Shown here one piece after another: positions 1 through 8,896 of a DNA stretch of 37,800 bases. The notes under the pieces were generated by a model. It saw only the letters and a program-made list of their open reading frames with translations, had not been told where the DNA came from and did no database searches. Source of the stretch: a virus (taxonomy: Duplodnaviria > Caudoviricetes); IMG/VR virus record IMGVR_UViG_3300027969_000214, positions 1-37,800 of that record; one strand, 5' to 3'. Every line of letters starts with the position of its first letter. The first letter of the stretch is position 1. Both the position numbers and the translations under genes were made by a program.

Positions 1-525
1 GACTGCACAGAGCTTCTGTTTATTGATGCGGATGTCATTGTCACGCCTGACGACATTCTGCGCTTGATGGCCCAGAGCGGACACATGGACATCACTGCGG
101 GTGCATATCCACGCAGAGCTAAAGATGCCAAGTTCTTTGCTGATGTCTACTATGACCACAACGGCGAGTTAGAGTTTGAAGGCTCTATGATGCGTTTAAA
201 GCGTGCTCCTACAGGTTTTATGCTGATCCAGCGCCACGTCATTGAGCAGATGATTGCAGCGCATCCTGAGTGGACTTATGAAAAATCCCCAACAGAGAAG
301 ATGTCAGCAGTGTTTGACTTTGCTATCCGTGATGGCAAGTATGTTGGTGAAGACTACCTGTTCTGCGACCGCGCAACTGAAATGAACTTTACAGTCTACC
401 TAGACGTAGACATTAGCCTGCCGCACGTCGGCCAAGAAACGTTTGAGCGCAATTTCCGCGAGGAGGTTGTGATGCCTTTGCTGGAGAACATTTACCAGCA
501 TAAGTTGAAAGTTGTAAATGGCTAA
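1..525 (+). CDS. GT-A fold glycosyltransferase-like protein, 5'-truncated
   Basis: Frame +1 is open from base 1: DCTELLFIDADVIV (DxD motif), then AGAYPRR, TGFMLIQRHV, GEDYLFC and LPHVG, typical of phage GT2-like proteins. Confidence 0.75.
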   Translation, partial: DCTELLFIDADVIVTPDDILRLMAQSGHMDITAGAYPRRAKDAKFFADVYYDHNGELEFEGSMMRLKRAPTGFMLIQRHVIEQMIAAHPEWTYEKSPTEKMSAVFDFAIRDGKYVGEDYLFCDRATEMNFTVYLDVDISLPHVGQETFERNFREEVVMPLLENIYQHKLKVVNG

Positions 526-763
526 GAGTGCAGCATGGACGAGAAAAGAAGGCAAGAACCCGAATGGTGGTTTAAACGCCAAGGGCCGAGCCTCTGCCAA
601 AGCGCAAGGCATGAATTTGAAACCGCCCCAGCCAGAAGGAGGCTCCCGGCGAGACTCTTTCTGTGCGAGGATGAGTGGCATGAAAAAGAAGCTAACGAGC
701 GCCAAGACAGCCAACGATCCGGATTCACGCATCAATAAAGCTTTGAGGGCTTGGAATTGTTAG
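518..763 (+). CDS. Small basic conserved phage protein (GGLNAKGRAS...SFCARM; possibly DUF6321-like)
   Basis: 81 aa, Lys/Arg-rich, overlaps the upstream stop. Motif recalled from phage structural regions. Confidence 0.7.
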   Translation: MAKSAAWTRKEGKNPNGGLNAKGRASAKAQGMNLKPPQPEGGSRRDSFCARMSGMKKKLTSAKTANDPDSRINKALRAWNC

Positions 764-999
764 ATCTAAATACAGCATGGTCTGCCATCTTGTCATTAGT
801 GATTGGATTGTTAGGCTACATGATGAACGAAAAGTTCAGGGAACTGGCACGTGTCACGATCCTGTTGAACAAAACTCGTGAGGAGGTAGCTCGTGATAAC
901 GTTACTCAAGCAGAAATTGACCGCATTACAAGTCACATTGACCAACGCTTTAATAAGCTTGAAGAAAAAATTGACCAGCTTATTCGGCAAGGGAGATAA
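751..999 (+). CDS. Small membrane protein with N-terminal TM and C-terminal coiled coil
   Basis: Hydrophobic AWSAILSLVIGLLGYMM followed by heptad IDQRFNKLEEKIDQL. TTG start is uncertain. Confidence 0.7.
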   Translation: MELLDLNTAWSAILSLVIGLLGYMMNEKFRELARVTILLNKTREEVARDNVTQAEIDRITSHIDQRFNKLEEKIDQLIRQGR

Positions 1000-1370
1000 T
1001 GATGCCAAGTAGTTCTAAAAAACAAGCTGATTTCATGCGTGCGGTGGCCCACAGCCCATCATTCGCAAAGAAGACCGGAGTGCCCATGTCAGTGGGCAAA
1101 GACTTTTCAGCGGCTGATAAAGGCCGTAAATTTTCAAAAGGCGGCACTATGGCTAAGAGCGACATGAAAGAAGACATGGCCATGGACTTGAAACAAGATA
1201 AGTCTATGATGCAAAAGGCTGTAAACAAACATGAGAGCCGCCTGCACAAAGGCCAGCCCATGACCAAACTTGCAAAGGGTGGTTACACCCGTGCAGCAGA
1301 CGGCTGTGCCACTAAGGGTAAAACCAAGGGCACAATGATTACCATGAACAAGGGCGGAATGGCCTGCTAA
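999..1370 (+). CDS. Basic Lys/Met-rich protein with FSKGG/LAKGG/MNKGG and RAADG..KGKTKG motifs (putative internal virion protein)
   Basis: 123 aa ORF with GGAG upstream. Motifs are shared with neighbouring genes. Confidence 0.75.
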   Translation: MMPSSSKKQADFMRAVAHSPSFAKKTGVPMSVGKDFSAADKGRKFSKGGTMAKSDMKEDMAMDLKQDKSMMQKAVNKHESRLHKGQPMTKLAKGGYTRAADGCATKGKTKGTMITMNKGGMAC

Positions 1371-1379
1371 GGAGTTGAT

Positions 1380-2399
1380 ATGGCGACTAGAAAACCTATG
1401 AAGAAGTTTAAACGCTACGAAGGTGGCGGCGAAGTTATGGGCGAAATGGATCCCATGGAAGCCGCTGCTAAAAAACGTGGCCTAGAGATGTCAAACAAAG
1501 AAGCTCCTGTAGGCTTCTTTGAGCGTATCCGCGCAGGTAATATTGACCAGCCCGGTACAGAGGCGTACAACCGCTTTGGTGCTGGCCGTGGTAAAGCTGA
1601 GGCTCCCGCTCCTGTTACTGTGCGTCCTCCTGCAACGCCTGCAATGCCTGCCGCATCTTCACGTCCATTGTCTGATGACATGTATTCAGACTATGGCCCA
1701 AGTGCTGGCCGAAGTTCTAGTGAAACAATCACGCCTACACGTCCTATGGCTACTAAGCCTGTAGTGCCAGCTAAACCAACTGCCACGCCAGTACCTCCAT
1801 TAAGCACTGGTGGCCCTGATCGCAGTAGTTTAATTAACAAGCCTTCGTTAAATACCAACTACAGCAATGAAGGCCGTAACAAGCCTGCGCCAGCCGCTCC
1901 TACCAAGCCCACCATGGACACTAAAGCCATGAATGAGGATGCCAAAAAAGCTATGGCTGATGATCCAAGCTCTTTAATGGGTATGGCTGGAGCCGGTGCA
2001 GCAGCTTTGTTTGGCGCAAGCAAATTAGGCAAGATGTTTAAAGGCGCAAAGAACGCCGCCAGTGCTGGAAAAAGTTTAATTACATCTCCAGCGGCAAAGA
2101 GTGCCATGGGTAAAGCTGATGACGCAAAAGCAGCCTCAGCCTACGACAAGCTGAAGAAAAGCAGCTTTACCAAGGGCGACGATGTTACCGATGTAGTACC
2201 CAAATCTACTGCTATGAAGCAGTTAGGTAAGCCGACTGGCAAGAAACCATTGGATGAGTCTGATACTACAGGCGGCGCAATCGGCTACAAACGCGGCGGT
2301 AAGATGAAGAAGTATGCCTCCGGTGGAATGGTTTCATCTGCGTCTAAACGTGCTGACGGTATTGCCACTAAAGGCAAAACTCGTTGCAAGATTTGTTAA
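1380..2399 (+). CDS. Low-complexity Pro/Ala/Lys-rich protein with YEGGG/YKRGG/YASGG and C-terminal RADGIATKGKT
   Basis: 339 aa, TAAGGAG SD at 1368-1374. Confidence 0.75.
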   Translation: MATRKPMKKFKRYEGGGEVMGEMDPMEAAAKKRGLEMSNKEAPVGFFERIRAGNIDQPGTEAYNRFGAGRGKAEAPAPVTVRPPATPAMPAASSRPLSDDMYSDYGPSAGRSSSETITPTRPMATKPVVPAKPTATPVPPLSTGGPDRSSLINKPSLNTNYSNEGRNKPAPAAPTKPTMDTKAMNEDAKKAMADDPSSLMGMAGAGAAALFGASKLGKMFKGAKNAASAGKSLITSPAAKSAMGKADDAKAASAYDKLKKSSFTKGDDVTDVVPKSTAMKQLGKPTGKKPLDESDTTGGAIGYKRGGKMKKYASGGMVSSASKRADGIATKGKTRCKIC

Positions 2400-2408
2400 G
2401 GAACTATC

Positions 2409-2936
2409 ATGAGTCCAGCAGAAAAAGAAGCTCGTCAAGAGCAAGCCGACCGCAAAATGCGGGCACAGGCTGAAAAAGCTTACAACAAAGAAATGCCAGA
2501 ACCTGACACTACGTTTGGCAATTTAGGTAAAAAAGCAGTTGCAGCCACGATGGCTGTGCCTGCTGGCATAGCAGGGGCTACTTTGTTAGGTCTTCAGCCG
2601 GGCAGCCCCGGCATGATTGATTCTGCAAAATACGGCGCAAAGACCATGTATCACACTGTTATGGGTGATAAAAAATCCAACGACAAAGCTGAAAAAGATT
2701 ACATGGATTCGGCCAAACGCGCTCAAAGCATTGAGACTAAACGCAATACTGGTGAAGATACCAATGCTGCTGGTGACTCATACAAAAAAGGCGGCATGAC
2801 TGCCAAGTACCAGTCATTTTCCAAGACAGGTAAACCTGATGGCATGAAGAAAGTAACCAAGATGGCTAACGGTGGCTTTGTACGTGCTGCCGATGGGATT
2901 GCCCAGCGTGGCAAAACCCGTGGAAAGTTGGTTTAA
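2409..2936 (+). CDS. Hypothetical protein with YKKGG/MANGG and C-terminal RAADGIAQRGKTRG
   Basis: 175 aa, TAAGGA SD upstream. Confidence 0.75.
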   Translation: MSPAEKEARQEQADRKMRAQAEKAYNKEMPEPDTTFGNLGKKAVAATMAVPAGIAGATLLGLQPGSPGMIDSAKYGAKTMYHTVMGDKKSNDKAEKDYMDSAKRAQSIETKRNTGEDTNAAGDSYKKGGMTAKYQSFSKTGKPDGMKKVTKMANGGFVRAADGIAQRGKTRGKLV

Positions 2937-2938
2937 AC

Positions 2939-3412
2939 ATGATTGCCAGCCGTGGAATGGGAGCCATGCTCCCTAGCAAAATGCCCAAAGGTGTCAAGAA
3001 AGCCCGTCGGGATGACACTGACTTTACTCAGTACGCTGAAGGCGGCGAAGTGGAAGAAGAAACGTTACCTAGTGATGTTAAATTTAACGTACAACGTCCA
3101 CGTTTAAACCTTAAACAAAAAGAGTTGTCGGGTCGCTTAACTGCCGATACGCAACTTGGTGCTAACACATCTTTGCAAGGCTATTTAGATGGCGGTATTA
3201 ACAAGCGTGGCCCAAATGTTAAAGGGTTTGGTGTTAACCTAACTCATCGATTTGCCAAAGGCGGTGAAGTCTGGGATAAGCCAAGGCCTGAGGGTTTGGC
3301 TAAACCCAAGAAATTAGCGCCTGCAAAAAAAGCAAAAGCCAAGGCTATGGCTAAAGCCGCAGGCCGCCCATACCCAAATTTAGTTGATAACATGAGAGCG
3401 GCTAAGAAATGA
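2939..3412 (+). CDS. Basic hypothetical protein with an internal cassette between YAEGGEV and FAKGGEV
   Basis: 157 aa. C-terminus AKAAGRPYPNLVDNM, ATGA overlap with the next gene. Confidence 0.75.
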   Translation: MIASRGMGAMLPSKMPKGVKKARRDDTDFTQYAEGGEVEEETLPSDVKFNVQRPRLNLKQKELSGRLTADTQLGANTSLQGYLDGGINKRGPNVKGFGVNLTHRFAKGGEVWDKPRPEGLAKPKKLAPAKKAKAKAMAKAAGRPYPNLVDNMRAAKK

Positions 3413-4338
3413 CCACTACCGGCAGCACCCTCTTTAATCTTGACTTCACGGAAATTGCCGAGGAAGCATGGGAGCGTGCGGGCAGGGAGATGCGTTCAGG
3501 CTATGACTTGCGTACAGCACGCAGATCAATGAACCTAATGACCATTGAATGGCAGAACCGTGGTATCAACATGTGGACAATGGAGCAGGGTTTCATTAAC
3601 CTGACTCCGGGTCTGGCGACGTATGCTTTGCCTACAGACACAATTGATTTGTTAGAGCAGGTTATCCGTACAGGCCAGAACTCAGCATCCACACAGGCTG
3701 ACTTAACAATCACCCGTATTAGTGTTTCTACCTATGCGACCATTCCAAACAAACTCCAACAAGCCCGTCCAATCCAAGTCTGGGTTCAGCGTTTGTCTGG
3801 AGAAGTTAACCCAACGGCTGCGATTTTGGATGGAGCCATCACCTCCACGGCAACCACGATCACGCTTAACACGGTGGTTGGGTTAGCTGGATCAGGATTT
3901 ATTCGTTTAAACAGCGAAGACATCTATTACACCTACATATCAGGGAATACCCTAAGCGGTGTATTCCGTGGGCAGAACAACACAACTGCTGCTGCACAAG
4001 CGGATGGCACGGCTGTCTTTGTTCCTCAGCTTCCTGCGGTTACTGTCTGGCCTACGCCTGATAACAGCACGCCCTACCAGTTTGTTTACTGGAGACTGCG
4101 CCGGGTTCAAGATTCTGGCGCTGGTGTAGAAACAGCCGACATGAACTTCCGCTTCCTGCCCTGCCTTGTGGCTGGGTTGGCGTACCACATTGCCATGAAA
4201 GTGCCTGAGTTGATGCCTCGCCTTGAGATGCTCAAGGCTGCATACAACGAGCAGTTTGATCTGGCAGCCGGTGAAGACAGGGAGAAAGCCGCAATTCGGT
4301 TTGTGCCCCGTCAGCAGTTCATTGGTGGGAGTATGTAA
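3409..4338 (+). CDS. Head-tail adaptor / tail tubular A-like protein (P22 gp4 / T7 gp11 class) with inserted beta-rich domain
   Basis: EEAWERAG..SGYDLRTARRSMNLM..EWQNRGINMWT; VWPTPD; FLPCLVAGLAYHIAMK. Insert AILDGAITSTATTITL...RGQNNTTAAA. Confidence 0.65.
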   Translation: MTTTGSTLFNLDFTEIAEEAWERAGREMRSGYDLRTARRSMNLMTIEWQNRGINMWTMEQGFINLTPGLATYALPTDTIDLLEQVIRTGQNSASTQADLTITRISVSTYATIPNKLQQARPIQVWVQRLSGEVNPTAAILDGAITSTATTITLNTVVGLAGSGFIRLNSEDIYYTYISGNTLSGVFRGQNNTTAAAQADGTAVFVPQLPAVTVWPTPDNSTPYQFVYWRLRRVQDSGAGVETADMNFRFLPCLVAGLAYHIAMKVPELMPRLEMLKAAYNEQFDLAAGEDREKAAIRFVPRQQFIGGSM

Positions 4339-4721
4339 TGGGTAACCGATTTGCATCCGGCAAGATAGCGATTGCTGAGTGTGATCGGTGCGGCCAGCAA
4401 TACCAGTTAAAGAAGCTTAAGACTGAGGTCATTAAGCAGCGCCAGTATCAGTTGCTGGTGTGCCCAGAATGCTGGGATCCAGACCAACCGCAGTTAATGC
4501 TTGGTACGTTCCCAGTGGATGATCCTCAAGCTCTACGCAATCCGCGTAGGGATACAACATATGTCACCTCAGGTGTAAACGTTAATGGGTACACCTCAGG
4601 CGGTTCGAGGGATATTCAGTGGGGCTGGAATCCCGTTGGCGGGGCCAGTAATTTTGATGATGCGTTAACGCCAAACTACTTGGTGGCAACGACATTTGTT
4701 GGTACAGTTACAGTATCTTAA
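4338..4721 (+). CDS. Small Zn-ribbon (CxxC..CxxC) phage protein
   Basis: CDRCG and VCPECWD motifs; DPQALRNPR. Confidence 0.7.
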   Translation: MGNRFASGKIAIAECDRCGQQYQLKKLKTEVIKQRQYQLLVCPECWDPDQPQLMLGTFPVDDPQALRNPRRDTTYVTSGVNVNGYTSGGSRDIQWGWNPVGGASNFDDALTPNYLVATTFVGTVTVS

Positions 4722-4732
4722 GGAGTTTAAAC

Positions 4733-4921
4733 ATGGCTTACACACGATCAGCAGACGGCATTGCCAAAAAAGGCAAAACCGAAGGCACAAACCTTGGCAA
4801 CAGCGGCCCCACTCAGAAAGAAATGATGGGCGGCAAAGGCAAAGGTAAGGGCAAAACCAACGCCGACATGAAGTCTATGGGACGTGGTTTGGCAAAAATT
4901 GCAGCACAGAAGCGAGGCTAA
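4733..4921 (+). CDS. Small basic protein with N-terminal RSADGIAKKGKT motif
   Basis: 62 aa, AAGGAG SD then GTTTAAAC-ATG. Confidence 0.75.
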   Translation: MAYTRSADGIAKKGKTEGTNLGNSGPTQKEMMGGKGKGKGKTNADMKSMGRGLAKIAAQKRG

Positions 4922-4923
4922 TC

Positions 4924-5190
4924 ATGGCTACATTCAGCAAAAAGATGATGGGCAAAGAAGTTGGCGATGCCAAAGTCTATGCCAAGCCACACACTATGTC
5001 TGGCAAAGAAGTGAAAGCTTCTTCTACGCCCGGCAGTGGCCCTAACCGCAGCAATGCAGCCAATGTCGATATGTCTGTAGGCAACATCAGCCGTTCGGCT
5101 GGTAATGAAGCAGTCAAGACATCTGGCATTAAAGTCCGTGGTACTGGTGCAGCTACCAAAGGTTTGATGGCTCGTGGCCCAATGGCCTAA
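4924..5190 (+). CDS. Small basic protein (C-terminal RGTGAATKG..ARGPMA)
   Basis: 88 aa, GAGG SD upstream. Confidence 0.75.
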   Translation: MATFSKKMMGKEVGDAKVYAKPHTMSGKEVKASSTPGSGPNRSNAANVDMSVGNISRSAGNEAVKTSGIKVRGTGAATKGLMARGPMA

Positions 5191-5200
5191 GGTTTAAACG

Positions 5201-6052
5201 ATGGCAATGACATACGCCCAACTCGTGGCTGCGGTACAGGATTACACGCAGAACACGTTTGACACGACCACGATCAATACAATGATCAAGCAGGCGGAGC
5301 AGCGCATCTATAACACGGTGCAGATTGCCAACTTGCGTAAGAATGTCACGGGTGTACTGTCTACCGGCAATAAGTACTTGGCCTGTCCAGAAGACTTCCT
5401 GTCGGTATACAGCCTTGCCATATACCCTTACAACACCACGACTGCCACTGGCACGTCTGGTGCAAAGAGCATTGTTGTGACCAGTACTACCGGCGTGGCG
5501 TTAGGCCAGCAGGTTACGGGTACAAACATTGGAACTAATGCCATTGTGCGCGGGATCAGTGGAACAACAATCTATTTGACTGTAGCCAACAGCGGTACTG
5601 TGTCCACTACGGTCACCTTCCAAGGCGACTACCTGTACCTGCTTAACAAGGACGTTAACTTCGTCCGTGAGGCGTATCCATTGAGCGCAGTGGTGTCTGA
5701 GCCTAAGCATTACGCCATCTTTGGCCCGCAGTCTTCCAACGTCAATGAGTTGTCGTTCATCCTTGGCCCTACGCCAAATGCCAACTACTACGCTGAACTG
5801 CACTACTATTACTATCCAGAGTCTATTTGTACCACCACAACCACATGGCTGGGTGATAACTTTGACTCTGCATTGCTGTATGGCACGCTGTGCGAGGCCG
5901 GAACATACATGAAGAGCGCACCGGAAGACGGTATGTATAAGACGTACCAAGAACGGTACGTTCAGGCTATTGCTCTTCTCAAGAACTTGGGTGACGGCAA
6001 ACAACGTGCTGACGCTTACCGTGATGGTCAGATTAGGGTTCCTGTGGCATGA
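5201..6052 (+). CDS. Second head-tail adaptor-like virion protein with inserted Thr/Gly-rich beta domain
   Basis: MTYAQLVAAVQDY..IKQAEQRI; PEDFL; LGPTPNANYYAELHYYYYP; ALLYGTLCEA. Confidence 0.65.
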   Translation: MAMTYAQLVAAVQDYTQNTFDTTTINTMIKQAEQRIYNTVQIANLRKNVTGVLSTGNKYLACPEDFLSVYSLAIYPYNTTTATGTSGAKSIVVTSTTGVALGQQVTGTNIGTNAIVRGISGTTIYLTVANSGTVSTTVTFQGDYLYLLNKDVNFVREAYPLSAVVSEPKHYAIFGPQSSNVNELSFILGPTPNANYYAELHYYYYPESICTTTTTWLGDNFDSALLYGTLCEAGTYMKSAPEDGMYKTYQERYVQAIALLKNLGDGKQRADAYRDGQIRVPVA

Positions 6053-6465
6053 GTTACATCTTACAAACCCAAACGACCAGCTTTAAAACACAGCTTTATA
6101 CAGCCGTTCATAACCTATCCACGGATACGTTAAAGATTGCCCTGTACACGGCCAATGCTGATTTAAACGAGGCAACCACTGTTTACACGACTACCGCAGA
6201 GGTGACGGGTACAGGATACGTTGCAGGCGGGGTGGCCTTGACTGGTGTAACCATTAACTCGTCTGGCTCTACGGCTTATGTAGACTTTGCTGATGTAGTG
6301 TTTAACGCATCGGTTACGGCTCGTTGTGCGTTGATCTACAACGTCACGCAGGGTAACAAATCCATTGCTGTGTTGGACTTTGGGTCTGACAAAACCTCTA
6401 CCAATTTCACCATCACAATGCCTGCTAACACAGCGACCGCAGCATTGATTCGTTCTTCTAACTAA
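6049..6465 (+). CDS. Virion/tail-associated structural protein
   Basis: SFKTQL..DTLKIALYT..GYVAGG..VDFAD..ALIYN..VLDFGSDK pattern common in podoviral tail regions. Confidence 0.65.
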   Translation: MSYILQTQTTSFKTQLYTAVHNLSTDTLKIALYTANADLNEATTVYTTTAEVTGTGYVAGGVALTGVTINSSGSTAYVDFADVVFNASVTARCALIYNVTQGNKSIAVLDFGSDKTSTNFTITMPANTATAALIRSSN

Positions 6466-6474
6466 GGAGTCACC

Positions 6475-7038
6475 ATGACTATTGACAAAATGACTGCCAC
6501 CGACATGGTGCAAGCATCTACTAAATACAACACAATGCCTGAAGACTCTATGAGTATTGAGGGCTTTTACACTGCTGTCTGCCACGGCGCTGACGGTCAG
6601 CTTAAGTGGACAGAGCCTTTCTGCAACTTGGTCACTACAGTTGGCAAGAACTTTACGCTGGACACCACGCTGGGTAACACCGCTGGCGGCGCAGTTGTGA
6701 TGGGTCTTAAAGGTACAGGTACAGCAGTTGTAGCTGATACGCAAGCCTCTCACGCCACATGGTTAGAAGTTGGCCTAGCTAATGCTCCTACATACTCAGG
6801 CAATCGTCCTACACCATCATTTAGCGCGGCTTCTGCTGGTAGCAAGACAACATCTTCTGCGGTGTCGTTTTCCATTACCAGCACTGGCACTGTTGCAGGT
6901 TGCTTCATTAACATTGGTGGTAGCGCAACTAAAGACTCAACGACTGGCACATTGTTCTCCGCTGGAGACTTTTCTAGTTCTAAGTCTGTTGTTTCTGGCG
7001 ACACCATTGCTGTTACTTACACTGCTACATTGACTTGA
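6475..7038 (+). CDS. Virion/tail fibre-associated structural protein
   Basis: 187 aa, Thr/Ser/Gly-rich beta protein; TAAGGAG SD. Confidence 0.6.
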   Translation: MTIDKMTATDMVQASTKYNTMPEDSMSIEGFYTAVCHGADGQLKWTEPFCNLVTTVGKNFTLDTTLGNTAGGAVVMGLKGTGTAVVADTQASHATWLEVGLANAPTYSGNRPTPSFSAASAGSKTTSSAVSFSITSTGTVAGCFINIGGSATKDSTTGTLFSAGDFSSSKSVVSGDTIAVTYTATLT

Positions 7039-7039
7039 T

Positions 7040-8056
7040 ATGGCTGCTGGATGGGGTGATGGCGATTGGGGTGCTTTAGGCTGGGGTGGTGTTACCGCCT
7101 ACGAAGTCAGCATTACCGAGCCTCTCACCACATCCACAGCGTGGGGTGAAGATACTTGGGGGTCTGGTCTTTGGGGCGGTACAGTACCGTTTGAAGAAAC
7201 TCAGACTGTCCAGTTCACGGCTAATGCGTCTATAACTGAGACTGCGGCTATAGCGGATAGCCAGTCTGCAATCACTGCATTTTTGGGGTCTGTTACTGAA
7301 ACCGCAGCCATTACATCTACAGAGTCAGCTACGGCGGCGTTTGCGGCATCCATTACAGAGACAGCCGTAACATCCACTACGGAAGAAGCTACAGCCAACT
7401 TCCCAGTATCAATTACAGAAACATCGGTTACATCCACGACTGAGGAAGTGGCGGCAACATTTGCCAAATCAATTACTGAGACTGCGGCTACTTCTACAAC
7501 GGAATCTGTAGCGGCTACATTTGCTAGAACAGTGGTAGAAGCCATGTTGATTCAAGACAACATAACGGCTACAACAGCTTACACAGACACGGTTTCTGAC
7601 TCTTTAGAGACAAGTACAACGGAATCTGCCACGGCTAATTTCCCAGTCTCTATTACTGAGACTAACCCAATATCAACAGTTGAAGAGGCTGTTGCCACGT
7701 TCTTGGGTGATATTACCGAGTCAATGGCAATCTCAGAGCAGCAGTTGTTTGTCTGGCTGGCTGACATTATTGAAACAATGGCTACGTCTGACTCGACAAC
7801 GGTTGGAACGTATTACACAGAATTTATTGCAGAGCTTGCGGCTATCGCGGATAATCCACAGGCGGCTACTGCGTACAATGTAAGCACCTCGGATACGATG
7901 GCAATTACATCCACTGAAAATGGGCGTAATTTGTGGGAAGTAATAGATGACACCGAGACTGCAAACTGGCAAAATATCAGCAATCCACAAACACCGGGCT
8001 GGTCGGATGTTGATACCGTAGAAACGCCCGGTTGGACACAAATTTCTACTCAGTAG
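7040..8056 (+). CDS. Acidic Thr-rich repeat protein (putative fibre shaft)
   Basis: N-terminal WGxxxWGxxxWGG twice, about 12 repeats of 20 aa (xxSITETAxxxSTExxxAxF), C-terminal 11-aa Trp repeats. Confidence 0.65.
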   Translation: MAAGWGDGDWGALGWGGVTAYEVSITEPLTTSTAWGEDTWGSGLWGGTVPFEETQTVQFTANASITETAAIADSQSAITAFLGSVTETAAITSTESATAAFAASITETAVTSTTEEATANFPVSITETSVTSTTEEVAATFAKSITETAATSTTESVAATFARTVVEAMLIQDNITATTAYTDTVSDSLETSTTESATANFPVSITETNPISTVEEAVATFLGDITESMAISEQQLFVWLADIIETMATSDSTTVGTYYTEFIAELAAIADNPQAATAYNVSTSDTMAITSTENGRNLWEVIDDTETANWQNISNPQTPGWSDVDTVETPGWTQISTQ

Positions 8057-8065
8057 GAGCAATAG

Positions 8066-8887
8066 ATGGCAAATACATCGCTAATAGGACTAACCCTCCC
8101 AGCAACAGGCACACTGTCAGGTCAGTGGGGCGACACGGTTAATAATGCTATCTCGCAGATTATTGACGTTGCGGTAGCCGGAACCCAAACAATCTCGACT
8201 GATGCAGACATTACGTTGTCTTTGACAACAGGTACATATGCCAGTACAGGTCTGACGGGCAATAGCTCCCAGTACGCAGTGATTTTATGGACTGCCGGTG
8301 GTACAGCCACTAGAACCATTACAGTCCCTGCTCAGTCCAAAATCTATGTGGTAATTAACGCCACAACCAGCACTCAGTCAATTACTGTTAAAGCTGCAAC
8401 AGGAACGGGCGTAACCTTGTTGGCCGGTACTAGGGCTGTTATAGCTTGGGATGGCACTAACTTTGTAAACGTAGGTGGTGGTTTACCAGCGGGTTCAACC
8501 ACTCAAGTCCAATACAATAATGCTGGGGCATTTGGCGCTTCTGCCAATATGACGTTTGACGGGACTAAGCTGACTGTTGGAAACTTATTGGATTCTGGAC
8601 TTACGGCAAGTAAACCGGTTTTTACAGATGCTAGTAAGAATTTAGTTTCGACAGGTACTCTTGGCGTTGACCAAGGTGGTACAGGGTTGGCTACAACCAC
8701 TGCTTATAGCGTGGTGTTTACGGGCACAACTTCTACTGGTAACTTTCAAGCTTCGGCTGGCCCCGGAACAACAGGTTATCTTTTGACAAGTAATGGCGCA
8801 GGAGCGTTACCAACTTGGCAAGCGGCTCCCGCAACTGGTGCTACTCGCGGTCAAGCAGTGGCTATGGCTCTCGTCTTCGGTCTATAA
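8066..8887 (+). CDS. Tail fibre protein
   Basis: N-terminal GLTLPATG..GQWGDTVN anchor; TTQVQYNNAGAFG; GGTG; LTSNGAGALPTW fibre motifs; ends AVAMALVFG. Confidence 0.7.
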   Translation: MANTSLIGLTLPATGTLSGQWGDTVNNAISQIIDVAVAGTQTISTDADITLSLTTGTYASTGLTGNSSQYAVILWTAGGTATRTITVPAQSKIYVVINATTSTQSITVKAATGTGVTLLAGTRAVIAWDGTNFVNVGGGLPAGSTTQVQYNNAGAFGASANMTFDGTKLTVGNLLDSGLTASKPVFTDASKNLVSTGTLGVDQGGTGLATTTAYSVVFTGTTSTGNFQASAGPGTTGYLLTSNGAGALPTWQAAPATGATRGQAVAMALVFGL

Positions 8888-8896
8888 GGAAACATC

